Assembly: GCA_026770705.1 (NCBI GenBank)
Contig: JANJGN010000004.1
Coordinates: 177,010,001 to 177,074,000, forward strand
Reading direction: 5' to 3'
DNA: 64,000 nt
From: Isurus oxyrinchus
Taxonomy: Eukaryota
Shown: in pieces, positions 38,645 to 52,597 of the stretch
How positions within the stretch are numbered: position 1 is the stretch's first letter
How the letters are laid out: every line of letters starts with the position of its first letter
Program-made: the position numbers and the translations under genes
The notes under the pieces: generated by a model
The model's input: the letters and a program-made list of their open reading frames with translations, nothing else
Told to the model about the DNA's origin: nothing
Databases searched by the model: none

Positions 38645-39885
38645 CAGGGGAGAGCCACTGTTTCCAATGGAATTCCAGTGGGGCTCTAAAGGGCTCAGTA
38701 CTGGGTCCCTTGTTTTTCAGAGTATATATCAATAATTTTTGAGTTAAATGCAGGGAAGTGGTTAAGAAGCTTGGAGATGTTACAAAACCTGACCCTGTGG
38801 GTGACAGTGAGGAAGAAAGCTGCAGGCTTCAGAAAGATAGCAATGGACTGGCCAGGTGGTCAGAAAAGTGGAAAATGGAATTCAAGCCGGCAAAGTGTGA
38901 GATAATGTCTTTGGGGAGGGAAAACAAGGCAAGGGAATATGCAATAAATGCAGTATCGTGGAAAGTGAAGGTGCTCAGATCCCTGAAGCTAGCTGAATAG
39001 GTAGATAAGGTGGTTAAGAAGGCTTTTTTTATTTATTCCTCCATGTGATGTGGGTATCACTGGCAAAGCCAGCATTTTTTGCCCATCATTAGTTTCCCTT
39101 GAAGTGGGAGCTTGCTGGGCCATTCCAGATGGCAGTTAAGAGTCAACCACATTGGTGTGGATCTGGAGTCCCATGTAGGCCAGACCATGTAAGGGGGGCA
39201 GATTTCCTTCCCTAAAGGACATTAGTGAACCAGAAGGGTTTTTACAACATCACCGCCCAAAGTTATTAATCGAATTCAAGTTGCAGCAGCTGCCATTGTG
39301 AGATTTGTACCCATGTCTCTACCTTTTACGCCAAGGTATAGAACATAAGAGCAGGGAAGTTATGTTGAACAGAATAAAATCCTAGTTAGGTCACAGCTAA
39401 AGTACTGTGTACAGTTCTGGTCACCACATTACATGAAGAATGTGGTTGTGCTAGAGAGAGTACAAAGAAGATTTACAAGGGTGTTGCCAGCAATGGAGAA
39501 TTTTAGCTATGAGAAAAGATTGGAGAGGCTGGGGTTGTTTTCTTTAGAACAGAGGATGGAGAGAAGAGATTTAAATATTATGAGGGGTCTGCATAGAATG
39601 AATAAGAACTGCTTCTCTTAGCAGCAAGACCAATAAGCGGGCATAGATTTAAAGTAACTGGTAGAAGGATTAAAAGACGGTTGAGGCAAAATCATTTCAG
39701 CAGAGGGTGCCAAGGGTCTGGAACTCACTGTCAGAAAGGGTGGTAGAGGCAGAACCTGTCATCACATTTTTAAAAATAGTGTTGTAATCTACACGCAAGG
39801 GACTAAGAGCTGGAAAGTGGAATTAGACTGGATCGCTATTTTTAGGTGGCACAGACATAATAGGATGAATGGCCTCCTTCTATAT
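38645..39885 (+). mobile_element. CR1 RT 3' part, with an inverted SINE nested at ~39025-39320
   Basis: WKMEFKPAKC and LERVQRRFTRVLP motifs. Confidence 0.85.
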
Positions 39886-40234
39886 CCTAATTTCCAATGA
39901 GTCTGCCTCAGACTGTGATCAGGGAATGGGATGGATTTGGTGACTAGGGAGCAGAGCTTGTGGCACTCTCTGTGCATCAGCAGGAGCCCAACACTTTCTG
40001 CACAACACCAGGAATTCCGCACCTTGTATATGGCACTGGGAACTCCATTCCCTGCACATGGCACCAGGAATTCTGTTCCCTATTCATAATGCCCAGAACA
40101 CTGCACCCTATGCACTGCATCCTGCGTAAGGCAACATGAGCTCCCTTAAAATACATGCAACACCCTGAATCCAATATACTGGACAACATTTATTGCCCAA
40201 CATCAGGCACTCTATATACAACACCCAGCACCTG

Positions 40235-41230
40235 GTCATGTTCATAGCAAGGGGGGTGGGATATAAAAGTAGGGAAGTCGTGCTACAACTTTACAGTGCA
40301 TTGCTGAGACCACACCTAGAGTACAGTATACTGTTCTGGTCTCCTTACTTAAGAAGGGATATACTTGCAGCAGAAGCAGTTCAGAAAAGGTTCACTAGGC
40401 TGATTCCTGTGCTGAAAGTGTTGTCTTATGAGGAAAGGTAGAGCAGATCGGGACCAAATTCATTGGAATTTAGAAGAATGAGAATTGAAACAGATAAGAT
40501 TCTGGGGGTCTTGATTGGGTGAATACTGAGAAGATGATTCCTTTCATGGGGGGATTCTGGAAGTAGGGTACACAGCTTAAAAATAAGGGATCTCCCATTT
40601 AACGTGGAGGTGAGGAGGAATTTCTTCTCAAAGGTTCGTTAGTCTTTGAAATTCTCTTCCACAGAGACAGTGGAGGCTGGGTAATTGAATATATTCAAGG
40701 AGGAGCTGGACAGATTTTTGATCTTCAAGAGAGTCATAGAATCACAGAATCACACAGTGTAGAAGAGGCCCTTCGGCCCATCGAGTCTGCACCGACATGT
40801 GAGAAACACCTGACCTACCTACCTAATCCCATTTACCAGCACTTGGCCCATAGCCTTGAATGTTATGACATGCCAAATGCTCACCCAGGTACTTTTTAAA
40901 GGATATCAGACAACCCGCCTCCACCACCCTCCCAGGCAGCGCATTCCAGACCGTCACCATCCCCTGGATAAAAAAGTTTTTCCTCACATCCACCCTAAAC
41001 CTCCTGCCCCTCACCTTGAACTTATGTCCCCTCATGACTGACCCTTCAACCAGGGGGAACAGCTGCTCCCTATCCACCCTGTCTATGCCCCTCATAGTCA
41101 AGGGTTATGGGGGGCAAACAAGGAAATGGGGTTAAGGTCACAGTCAGATCAGCCACGATCTTGAACCTTTGAGCAGGCTTGATGGGTCGAATGGCCTACT
41201 CCTCCTTTATTTATGACCTTATGGTCTTAG
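40235..41230 (+). mobile_element. CR1 3' part containing a nested inverted CR1 (40737-41095)
   Basis: LYSALLRPHLEY motif; nested copy flanked by direct repeat AGTCA (40732-40736, 41096-41100). Confidence 0.85.
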
Positions 41231-41302
41231 CTCAAGAAACACGAAAGGAGGCAGCCAGCACCCTCTTCAGAACAAACTGCACCTTTCTCTCTTTCTAATA
41301 TA

Positions 41303-41440
41303 ATACAAAAGCAGCATACTAAGGATGCTGAAAATCTGAAATAGAAACAGAACGTGCTGGAAATACTCAGTAGATTTGGCAGCATCTGTGAAGAGAGAAA
41401 CAGAGCTAGTGTTTCATGTCAATAACCTTTCATCAGTACT
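41303..41440 (-). mobile_element. Older Penelope terminal-repeat fragment with hammerhead-like core
   Basis: Minus strand CTGATGA-AAGGTTATTGACAT-GAAACAC; remainder resembles 9933-10030. Confidence 0.7.
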
Positions 41441-41524
41441 TTCTGTCAATATGTTGCTTCTCGCCCTCTCCACTGCATTCTATCACTCACCGTGTCTTCC
41501 TCACAGTATGCCTCCCTGACAAAT

Positions 41525-41905
41525 CGTAAGAATGTAAAAAATAAGAGCAGGATTTGGTTATTCGGCCCCTTGACCCTGTTCTGCCATTTGATAAGATTGT
41601 GGCTGATCGGTTTGTGGCCTCAACTCCATTTCCCTGCTTGATCCCATAGCCCTTGACCCCATCAGTCAAAAATCTGTCTAACTCAGCCTTGATTATATTA
41701 AATGACCCAGCCTCCACTGCTCTCAGAGAAGAGAATTCCAAACACTAACAACCCTCTGAGAAAAGAAACTCCTCCTCATCTCCACCTTAAACGGGAGAAC
41801 CCTTATTTTTAAACTCTGCCTCCTGATTCTAGATTCCCCCATAAAAGGAAACATCCTCTCAGCATTGACCCTGCTAAATCCCCTTGGAATCTGATATGTA
41901 TTTGA
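41525..41905 (-). mobile_element. CR1 3' fragment
   Basis: AERMFPFMGESRIR..FFSQRVVSVWNSL. Confidence 0.85.
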
Positions 41906-43309
41906 TATGTCGACCATTCCATCCTCCCCTTAATGTATCTTCTCCATGGCTTACTCTTATGATGTTGTCTTCCCTTGGTTCCACTTCACACTGTCTTAAT
42001 TCAACAACTCATCTTCTTCAATGGCTTCTCACCCACCCCACTTGTTCCATCTCTGCCTCATCAGTGCCATGTATAGCCTTGGAATCAACTTCCGGATGTT
42101 TGTTATTGACTCCCAGTTCTTCCTCTCCAATATCACCCTACAGTCCATAACTAACTGACTACTTTCACATCAAGGCATGAATGAACTAGAACTTCTTCCA
42201 GCTGCACATCAAAGCCATGCTGATCAGCTGCCACCAAAGACTAGACATGCTGGTCAACTCTGGGGTTACTCTCAGCCCTGTTAGCCTAGAACTGAGCTTC
42301 AAGCCCCGTGACCTATCCATTACTAAGATGGTCTGTTTCAATTTCTGTTCTAGCCTCATTCTCACTGCTGCTGAATACTTAACCCATGCATTTGTTAACT
42401 CTAGGTATGACCTCTCCAATGCTCCATCCTGCACAAACTCTAAGAATCTTTCACCTCCATCCTATGCAATGCTAAACTGCTCCTCTATCAAGCCGGTCCT
42501 CACCCAATTTCCATCTATTCTTTGTGCCTCCTCTCAATGCAGTGAATTTAAAATTCTTGTTTTGATTCCATGTCTTTGTTTCACTCTACCTCTCCAATTT
42601 CCTCCAATACCCCTTGCTCTTCTGTCTTTAATCTTCTTTCCATCCCTCCTTCCTCCATTGGTGACATAACGTCTACAACCGTCTTGACCCCAGCTTCTGC
42701 AATTCTTTTCATAATCTTCTTGCCATATTTCTCCCTGCCTTCAAAAGTCTTCAAACCTAACCATTTGGTCTCCTCACCCAATACTTCTACTCCTGCCATC
42801 TTTTCTGCCTCTGTGGAATGCCTTAGAATTCCTACATTAGAGACACTTTAGAAATGCAAGTTCTTGTCATGATAACCTGCTTTACATTCTGCTCCCTATC
42901 CTGGACCCTCTTTATGTAATCCTTTCACACCCAGCGCTCTTAATGCCCTTCATCGCCTTGCGCCTTCCCCAGCATCTGCCTCACATATTGACCATTATCT
43001 GTGACCCTTTTTGCACTGAAATCTCTTGTAATGCTTTACTTGACCATTTGATGGAGCTGTGTTAAACTGAAGTATGATAATCTATTCCTGTAAAGATCCA
43101 TCAAGCAGACCCTTAAAATGATAATCCAAGATGCCTTGGTTGGAAGAACATGTGCATCACAAAGCTTTGATGTTACAATTCTAATTCTTGCTTTCAAGTT
43201 CATTCTTGGCCTTTCCACTGCCTATTTCTGTACCTCCAGCCCCTCAACACTTGAGGTCTCCCCTCTCCTCCAATTCTGGCCTCATGTTCATCCCGGTTTA
43301 AAAATGAAT

Positions 43310-43552
43310 AAATAAAAATAATTGGATTAAAAAAACGGTAAAGATGGAGGAGAAAGTTCATGGTCTGAAGTTGTTGAACTTAGTGTTAAGTCCGGAAGGC
43401 TGTAAAGTGCCTAGTCGGAAGATGAGGTGTTGTTCCTCCAGTTTACGTTGGGCTTCACTGGAACAATGCAGCAGGCCAAGGACAGACATGTGGGCAAGAG
43501 AGCAGGGTGGTGTGTTGAAGTGGCAAGCGACAGGGAGGTCTGGGTCATGCAA
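43310..43552 (-). mobile_element. Penelope GIY-YIG C-terminal fragment
   Basis: PVACHFN..QRKLEEQHLIFRLGTLQPSGLN; matches 10430-10640. Confidence 0.9.
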
Positions 43553-46500
43553 GTTGTTGTTGACAGGGTTATTTATTCAAGAATTAAATAAAGGCTTACT
43601 TTGATTGCATGTGCAGTCAGCATGATTAACATGCTAATCTGTGCAATCATCTGAACATATCAACATCTCTTTTCAAAGGGACCCAAACCCTTCATCCTGA
43701 ATTAACATCAATTAGTCAATCTATTTGAAAGGTAACCAGCTCACTGCAGCGCAAGTGCAATTTGTATTCTGGCACAGTTAATGATTTGTTTTCAGGTTTG
43801 TTAAATTAGGGAACAGATGGGCTTATTATATGTGCAGCCTAATAGGTCATAAGCAGACTGACATATGGTTAGTAAGCTCACCGATGCCAGTTTTGACTTG
43901 CCATTGAATATCATCTGTGACCTCAAAATACTGCAAGAATTTCCTCTGAAAAGCAATTAAGGAAACCCTAATAAATTACATTTTTTTTCTAATTTTTCAG
44001 GGAAATTTTCCTCATTTCTTTGGAACCGCACATGCAAGGGAAAATAGTCATGGGATTTGCCCATTCCTCTCGGGTAAGTGCCATGGTACGGAACCCACTC
44101 CTGCCCTTTCCCAAGATTGAAAGACTGATCCCTATCCCAAATTCTGAGGGCAGGGAAATTTGCTGGGACAGACTGCTGACATCTATAACACTGCACCACC
44201 TCGAACCAATCTGTCCTTCCAAGGCGTAAAGAATCCTTCGCAAGATCCAAATGGCCCGAGTATTTTTAAAAAACTAGTAAGCTCACACTGCATTCAGCAT
44301 GGAATCCTTACTCTAGTAAAGCCTGTAGTCCTGAAAGGGATTGCAGCAAGTCCCCACCAGCGCGAGTTAAATGAGAGACTTTCAGTTGCATAAGGCAGGA
44401 ATTTCTTGGGAACTCACCCCAACATGCTCTTGCAATGTGTCTAGAATTTCAAGGTCCAGTCAAAAATATGATAGAATTTCAGCTGAACCATCACCCAACT
44501 CATGTTCCAGAACACTCTCCCTGGCCCAGAGATGAAACTGTAGCTTATGCCTTACAAGAATTTTAGGACCATAATCTTTTTACACTTTCTCCCAATATCC
44601 CATCATTCTTTATACTCATCCTGCTTTTCAATAAATCTCACAAACAGTATAAACAATAAGAACATTAATTTCTTTAGTGCCATTCACCTTAAAAATGTTC
44701 CAAGGAACTTTATAGAGGTTTATTGATAAACAGTTGGGTGCTGAATCAAAGGCATTATGAGGGGTGACCAAATGTTTCATCAAAGACCTGGAGATCAGCG
44801 ATGTTACAAAGGTTCTTGCTGTTAAGGAGAATCTTACAGGAGGAGGTGAAGGGACTTTGGCATAGAGCCTGGATGGCTGAAGGCATGGCTGCCAATGGTG
44901 AGGTGAAAAGAGGGAAATACACATGGGACCAGATTTGGGGAGGGAGTTATAGCAGGTTGGAGCTGGAGCAGGTTGCAGAGATAGGGTGAGGCAAGGCTAT
45001 GAATGGATTTAAACATAAGGATGAGACTTGAAATTGGAGGTGCTGCAGCACTGAGAACCTACGTAGGTCAGCAAGGATGCGTCAGCAGGATTTGGTGCAG
45101 GATGAAATACGGGCAGCTTTGGATGAGCTGGAGTATAGGGATTCAAGAGAATGGGAAACCAGCCAGGAGAGCATGTAACAGCCAAGTCCAGATGTAACCA
45201 GAGCATGGATGAGGATTTCAGCAGAGGATGGGCTAGGAGAGAAGTCAACCGACTTTGAAGAGATGAAAGTAGATTAAATTTTTAATGAAGAATATATGCA
45301 AGTTTGCCTCCAAGCCACACACTGTCTTAACTTGGAACTATATCGCTGTTCCTTTAGTGTTGTCAGATCAAAATCCTGGAACTCCCTACCTAACAGCACT
45401 ATGGGTGTACCTACACCACATGGACTGCAGCGGTTCAAGAAGGTAGCTCACCACCACCTTCTCAAGGGATGGGCAATAAATGCTGGCCTAGCCAGCAACA
45501 TCCACATCCCATGAAAAAAATAGAAAAAAGCTTAGGGTCAAATGGGCTATCTTCAGTCTTCCCAAAATTTAACCGGTTACAATTGACCCTCATCCAAGAC
45601 TAGATATCTGGCACCGAGAAATTACAAACTCATTGCTATTCTGGTGTCCGAAAGAATGACTTAAGAAAACAAATATATTTAAGTTCTCACTGAATTCTCA
45701 GTATATTACTTTAGGAATTGGAACTTTGTTACTTCACAGTTGGAGTATTAATATCCTAGAAAGTCAATGTAGACAGAAACTAGGATTGTTTGAGTCCATA
45801 TGAGGGATAAATTTGCTTTACCTGCCAGGAGAGAATATTAGGGGTGTGGACAATAATCTGGATTTGTTTGTCCAGCAGATTCTGTGCACTGGGAGCTTTA
45901 ATTCATCAAATCCACCCTATATTTGAATGCCATGCTACGTGAAAATTTGTTCCTGTGAGGTATTGATGAACAGTGCAAGCCAGTGTAGCGGGAGCCTGTG
46001 TGAGACTGGTGAGGGCATAATGAGCAGCTGCAGAGAAGGCCCGAGAGCTGCAGCAAGAGCTGAGCAAGACGGGGGTGGGGGGTGCTGGGGTGGCGATAAA
46101 AAGCAAAGGAAGGAAGGCTGAGACAAGCAGCGAGAGTGAAAGTTGAGTGAAACCAGTGGGGGGATAGGAGCTGTGGGGGCGGGGGGGGGGGGTGGGTGGT
46201 GTGCGGTGGGAGGGGGGGGCGGTGGCTTCAGGTTTCAGAGTAGGCACAACATTTTTGAAAAAAGGAAAGAAACTGATTGGATGGTGAGGGGAGATTTGAT
46301 GGAGGCATACATGATTATAACAGATTTAAGGTCAACAGAGGAAAACTGTTCCCAGTAGCTGATGATACAAGGACTATAGGACACAAATTAAAGATTCTGG
46401 ATAAGAAATGCAGAGAGAATGTGAGGAACAACTTCTTTTATGCAGTGTGGTAATGATCAAGAACACACTGCCTCATGGGGGTGTTAGAAGTGGAGACAAA

Positions 46501-47034
46501 TTGGAGCAATGAAGGTTGACTTCCAATGAACTAAGCAAGATTCAAATGAGATATTGGACCAATATTGTACCTGATTGCGGCAACTAGCAACCAATTGTGA
46601 CTTTGGTGATGTTGAACGTGTTGAATGGGAAATCAAAACACAAATAATTGAAAGCTGTCTCTCTGGTCAATGAGGTCAAAAAGCACTTGAGAAAGACAGA
46701 AAGCTGTTGGAACCATTGGAGCTAGCAAGATTGCTATCACTTTCAGAGACCAGAACTACTGAAGTTGAGGCAGCAAATTCCAAGTTCAATTCGTGTGAAC
46801 ACTATTCATTGCTCACATGCCAGGAAACCACCTGCAAAGCAACAATAGCCATCTCACAAACAGGAGTTACAACTTGTTCAAAGAACGTTTCCACTGTGGC
46901 GGTTCTTACCCACACCGGACAGAATACCCTGCTACTGGTAAATAGTGTAAAGCTTGGGCAAAACTCAGTCACTTTGCTCATGTTTGTTGCTCATCAGCAA
47001 AGTCAACAACTAAAACCAATACCAATAGAAGGAT

Positions 47035-48070
47035 GCCACAAAATTGGCTAAGAGTCAGGAAGAAGAGGGTGATTATAGGGGGATGTTTCTGTGGCTGGAA
47101 GTCTGTTTCCAGTGGGGTTCCATAGGGCTCGGTGCTGGGTGCCTTGCTGTTTGTGGTGTCCAAAAATGATTTTGATTTAAATGTAGGGGATTATGTTCAA
47201 GGAGTTCACAGATGACACTAAAATTGGTAGAGGGTAAATAGTGAAGAGGGTAGCTGTAAGTTGCAAGTGGCAAATGGAATTCAACCTGGAAAAGTGTGAG
47301 GTAATGCACTTGGGGAGGGCTAACAAGGCAAGGGATTACACTATGAATGGTAGGACCCTGGAAAGTGCTAAAGGGACCTTGTTGTACATATCAGCAGATC
47401 CCTGAAGGTAGTAGCGCAGGTAGACAAGGCAGTAAAGAAGGCATATGGGATATTTGCCTTTATTAACCAAGACATAGAATACAAGAGCAGGAAGGTTATG
47501 CTGGAGCTGTATAAAATACTGGTTAGGCCACAACTGGAGTACTGTGTGCAGTTCTGGCCACCACATTATAGGAAGGATGTGATTGCACTGGAGAGGGTGC
47601 AGAGGAGATTTACCAGGATGCTGCCTGGGCTGGAGGGTCTGAGCTATGAGGAAAGATTGGATAGGCTGGGGTTGTTTTCCTTGGAGCAGCGAAGGTTGAG
47701 AGGGGACCTGGTAGAGGTGTATAAGATTATGAGGGGCATAGATAGGATGGATAGGAAGGCACTTGTTCTGTTAGTAGGAGTCAATAACCAGGGAGCATAG
47801 ATTTAAGGTAAGAGGTAGAAGTTGAGGGGAGTTGCGAAGAATTTTTTTCACCCAGAGGTTGGCGAGTGTCTGGAACTCACTGCCTGAAAGGGTGGTTGAG
47901 TCAGAAACTCTCGTAACATCTAAGAAGTATTTAGATAATCATTTGCATTGCCATAGCCTCCAGGGCTATGGGCCAAATGCTGGAAAATGGGATGAGCATA
48001 GTCAGATCTTTGTTGACCAGCGTGAACACAATGGGCTGAATTACCTCCTTCTGTGCTGTAGATGTCTGTG
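47035..48070 (+). mobile_element. CR1 RT 3' part
   Basis: LYKILVRPQLEYCVQFWPPHYRKDVIALERVQRRFTRM. Confidence 0.9.
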
Positions 48071-48879
48071 ACCTGCATCACCTGCTCGACTGGAATCATT
48101 TTACTGTAAAAGAAAATTTGTTTTTATTCTAACTGATGCTTTCAACAAGCAAATTACAGATTAGTGTTTGATGTACGATCAATGCACATACCAATGAGCA
48201 AAGAAGTGCTGAGAAGTTGATCCCTATTGACACATCATAATGCTTTTATTGCTAGGCTGTGTTTTGGACTGTAAAACACTCAATTGATACTTAGGCCGAA
48301 TGTTGGCAAGATCTTTTCATAACCAGAGGTATAATTCTGAAGTTGCTGAAAATGAAAGAGTGAAGCTCTTCTTTCAATATTATAAAAGGCACGGCGGATG
48401 CTCTGGTCTCTCCAATTAATGAAGTTTAAACAGAATTGCAGATTTAAAATGTGGGAGTTTCTGAAAATGCAAGCTGCCTAACAATTGTCAATTGCATTGG
48501 AAAACTAAAAGAAGGACTTCACTGACAATATTGCCATCGTTGTACAGGTTTCAATAATAGACTTTGTAGTTTGCTCATTAAAATTAATATTTTTAGAGCG
48601 ACCTGTTCAAGTAGCGTGAGAGGTCTTTGGGTGTGCATCTACTTTTGCCTCTGAAAAATATTTGAACACAGGTCCACAGAGTTTTTACATTGATTCTCAT
48701 TTATTTTGGGTTCCTACTACATGGCTTTCTCAACCTGACACCAGAATTGACAACCTATTCATCTAAATAACCAGAATGATAATAACTAGTTGTGGGAAGA
48801 AATTTTTACCTCAGCAATTTGAACTAAATGAGTGCAGTTTATCATTTTAAATAGTCTGCATTCAGTACCCAAACTATAT

Positions 48880-49029
48880 GGCCTAGAAATTGACTTGCCC
48901 ACTTTTCTTTTAGTGTTTGCAGGCAGGCCATTACAATGAGGTCCGAGACCCATAACTGCTGAGCCTTGTACCTCACTATTCTGGTACGGGGAATGTACCC
49001 TCGCAATTATGCGTCTGAACTTCTAGGCC
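48880..49029. mobile_element. Putative MITE (PIF/Harbinger-like)
   Basis: 150 bp with 12-bp TIRs GGCCTAGAAATT / AACTTCTAGGCC (1 mismatch). Confidence 0.55.
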
Positions 49030-49805
49030 TAGGACTCCAGAATAGACACATGTTAAGTCACCACAGATACCGTGTAAAATCTATAAATATTTATTAAGGG
49101 CTGCGCAGCTCAACACACTGAGAAGATACTTTGGGAACTTAATTTGTGGATCAGTAAGAAGGAAACTCACTAGCAGTCTAAGTGACCACCTAAACCAACA
49201 TAGATTAAAGATAAATGTTCCTCAATTTGCAGCTTTTTTTGTTTCGTGTTGTTTAAATGAAAGAATCAAAGCAGCAGGCAATTTACTGAAAATTAGCTGA
49301 CAATCGAACCGTTACTTGAAAGGAGATTGAACTATTGCAAGAGGACAAATTGTGATAGAAGTGATGCACAATGGCCCCCATTGTTGGGAACCAACACAAT
49401 AGTCATTAGGATTAGGATTGGTACTGCTTAGAAAACATGATAAAAATGTATCAAGAGACAGACAAATAAAGTAACATGGCCAGATGGTATGATGGAATGG
49501 AAAGGCTGTACTTAAGCCAACTTATAATGGGCACAGTGTGCTGCACAAGACCCGAATGAGCTCCTTAAAGTTGACTAGCACATTTAAAGTTTTTATTGGC
49601 AAGTTAAATTTGTTTACTGGCATTCTGATTGCAGCATTAATTTTTGATGCTGTTTGGACCTGATTTTTAATTTTCTTTTGCATTCCAAAATTTAATTTCA
49701 AATCTATTCCTTACAATCACATTGCTTCCAGCTGCTATTTTGCTGCAGGCAAACGGTGGCCAGAAGGGGAATTACATTGGATGTTTTAATGGTGCTCTTA
49801 GGTTA

Positions 49806-51290
49806 CATAAGAACATAAGAAATAGGAACAGGAGTAGACCATTCAGCCCCTTGAGCCTGCTCCATCATTCAATAAGATCATGGCTGATCTTCTTGTGTTT
49901 TGATTTCCACATTCCCATCTAATCCCGATAACCTTTAATTCCCTTGCCTTCCAAGAATCTATCTACCTCTGCCTTAGAAATATTCAATGACCCCACCCCC
50001 CACCTTCTTCTGAGGCAAAGAGTTCCTAGGCCACACAACCCTCTGAGAGAAAAAAGAATTCTCCTCATCTCTGTCCTAAAAGGGTGACCCCTAATTTTAA
50101 AACAGCGCCCCCTAGTTCACAAGAGGAAACATCCTTTCGACGTCCACCTTCTCGAGGCTGTTCAGGATCTTGTACACTTCAATTAAATCACCCCTCACTC
50201 TTCTAAACTCCAGTGGAAACAAGCCCAGTCTGTGCAACCTTTCCTCATAAGACAACCCACTAATTCCAGGTATCAATCTGGTAAACCTCCTCTGAACTGG
50301 CTCCAATGCATTTACTTCCTTCCTTAAATAAGGAGACCAAAGCTGCACACAGCATTCGAGGTGTGGTCACCAATGCCCTGTATAACTGAAGCATAACATC
50401 CTTACTTTTATGTTCAGTCCCTCCCGTAATAAAGGATAACATTCCATTAGCCTTCTTAATTACTTGCTGTACTTGCATACTAACTTTTTGTGACTCATGT
50501 ACTAGAATACCTAGATCCCTCTGCACCTCAGAGTTATGCAGCCATTCTCCATTTAAGTAATACTCTGCTTTTCTGTTCTTCCAGCCAAACTGAACAACTT
50601 CACATTTTCCCACATGAAACTCCATTTGCCTGATTTTTGCCCACTCACACAACCTATCTATATCCATCTGCAACCTCCTCATGTCCTCTTCACAACATAC
50701 TTTCCTACCTGTCACTGTGTCATCTGCTAATTTAGCTATCATGTCTTCACTCCCCACGTCTAAGTCATTGATGTAAATCGTAAAAAGTTGAGGCCCCTGC
50801 TGTGGGACTCCAGTCATCACATCCTGCCAGTCTGAGAAAGATCCATTTATGCATACTCTCTGCTTTCTGCCAGCCAGCCAATCTTCTATCCATGCTAATA
50901 TGTTACTCCCTACGCCATGTGCTTTTATTTTCCCTAATAAACTTTGATGTGGCACTTTATCAAATGCCTTCTGGAAATCCAAATACAGTACGTCTACAGG
51001 CTCACCTTTATCTACTGCGCATGTTATTCCTTCAAAAAACTCCATTGCTTTTCTTTCACAAAACTATGCTGAGTCTTCCCGATTGCCTTAAGCTCTTCTA
51101 AGTGCCTAGCTACAACCTTCTTAATGATGCCCACGACCGACGTCAAGCTAACTGGCCTATAGTTTCTGCCTCCCTCCCTTCTTGAATAGTGGTGTCATAT
51201 TTGCTACTTTCCAGTCAGATGGAAACTTTCCAGAATCTAGCGAATTTTGGAAAATTAACACCTCATTAATTATCTCATTAGCCACCTCTT
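49806..51290 (-). mobile_element. CR1 RT
   Basis: YLDFQKAFDKVPH, GVPQ, YINDLD, KLADDT (50260-51045). Confidence 0.93.
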
Positions 51291-51534
51291 TAGGAGGAGG
51301 AAGAGCACTTCTGGGGGTTGTGGTGGAGTAGAGGGTGGGGGTGGTAGGGGAACAAGCAAACATGTGTCCCTATATGATGCAGGCAACAGTCCTCATCCCG
51401 GAATGATCATTTTGCTGTCCTTTCCTGGGCACTTCAAAAAGAAAATTATCTTCAGCACCTACATTTCTCAGAGGGGGCTGCCGCACTAATTTCCTATTTC
51501 TTAAAGACTAATCTTCATACAGAAAAATAGAAAG

Positions 51535-51726
51535 CAGAACATGCATTTCACAACCTCAGGACATCCCAAAACTCTTTACAGCCAATCAAGTACTCACTGT
51601 TGCAATGTCGGAAATCCAGAAGGCAATTTGCTCCCACAAGCAGCATGGTGTTAATGACCAAATCATTTGTTTTTAGATGTTGATTAAGGGGTTGATAATT
51701 GACTAGGAGACTGGGGAGAACTCCTA
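51535..51726 (-). mobile_element. DeuSINE (SacSINE1/AmnSINE1-like) fragment
   Basis: Minus strand aggagttctccccagtctcctagtcaatt..ggtcattaacac..tgcttgtgggagc..ttggctgtaaagagttttgggatgtcctgaggttgtgaaa resembles the recalled Deu domain and tail. Confidence 0.65.
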
Positions 51727-52404
51727 GGCAGATACAGAGGAATGTTTCAGCATTTGTAAAGCTTAAATATTTGTCAGACTTTTGTCAACAAGGCAAAGTA
51801 ATTATATTTATGCAACGTCTTATCACAACTTTCAGCGATGTCTCAACATATAGTATCTTGAAGGTGTAGTTATTGTTTTTACACAGCACTACTTCGATGT
51901 TCAGGAATGTGGACTTTTGTAGCATATTTCTATCTGCCTGTTCATTGCCACAGCTTCTTTATATATCCAGTATGTTGCATCAATGATAATGCTTTTCTTA
52001 TTTCCACCTGCAAGCTTCAAAGTCCATGACTCTATGAAGGTCTCAATACCATAAGTCATTTGTTTGGATAATGTTAACACCATTCTAAGATCTTAACTTA
52101 TGAAGATGAGTCAGTTCATTCTTGATTTTTGCAACTATGAATAGTATACTGAGAGCAGTAAAAATAGTCATGTCTGTAATATAAATTGTTTTATCAGATG
52201 AGTAACCCAATGCCTATGAGCACGATTAGTACTGTATATTGACCAAAAAAAAACACTCTCCATTACAAATATACCTCAAATAGATTTTAAGCAGGCACTG
52301 TCATGACCACCTGATACTTAATTTATCAAGACCCAACTGTTAAGGGAGCTTCTGGAGCAAGTTAGCGTTCACATGAAAACAGTTAGAGTGACCGACAGGA
52401 AACA

Positions 52405-52597
52405 ATGACTGGTGTGGAAAGCTACCGCTTTTCCCAGGACTTAGCCCATGTTTACTTCACGATATTTTCACTTTTCTGCTTCAAACTATTTGTGAAAATC
52501 AGCCTGGCCATCCTGAGCCACTTCTACATCGTCAAAGGGAACCGCAAGGAAGCAGCGCGGATAGCAGCAGAGTTCTACGGTGCTACCCAAGGGCAAG
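52405..52597 (+). CDS. ASB5: ASB5 (ankyrin repeat and SOCS box 5) first coding exon
   Basis: MTGVESYRFSQDLAHVYFTIFSLFCFKLFVKISLAILSHFYIVKGNRKEAARIAAEFYGATQGQ(G) closely matches the recalled human ASB5 N-terminus; phase-1 donor CAAG|GTAAGT; divergent from SPCS3 as in human. Confidence 0.95.
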
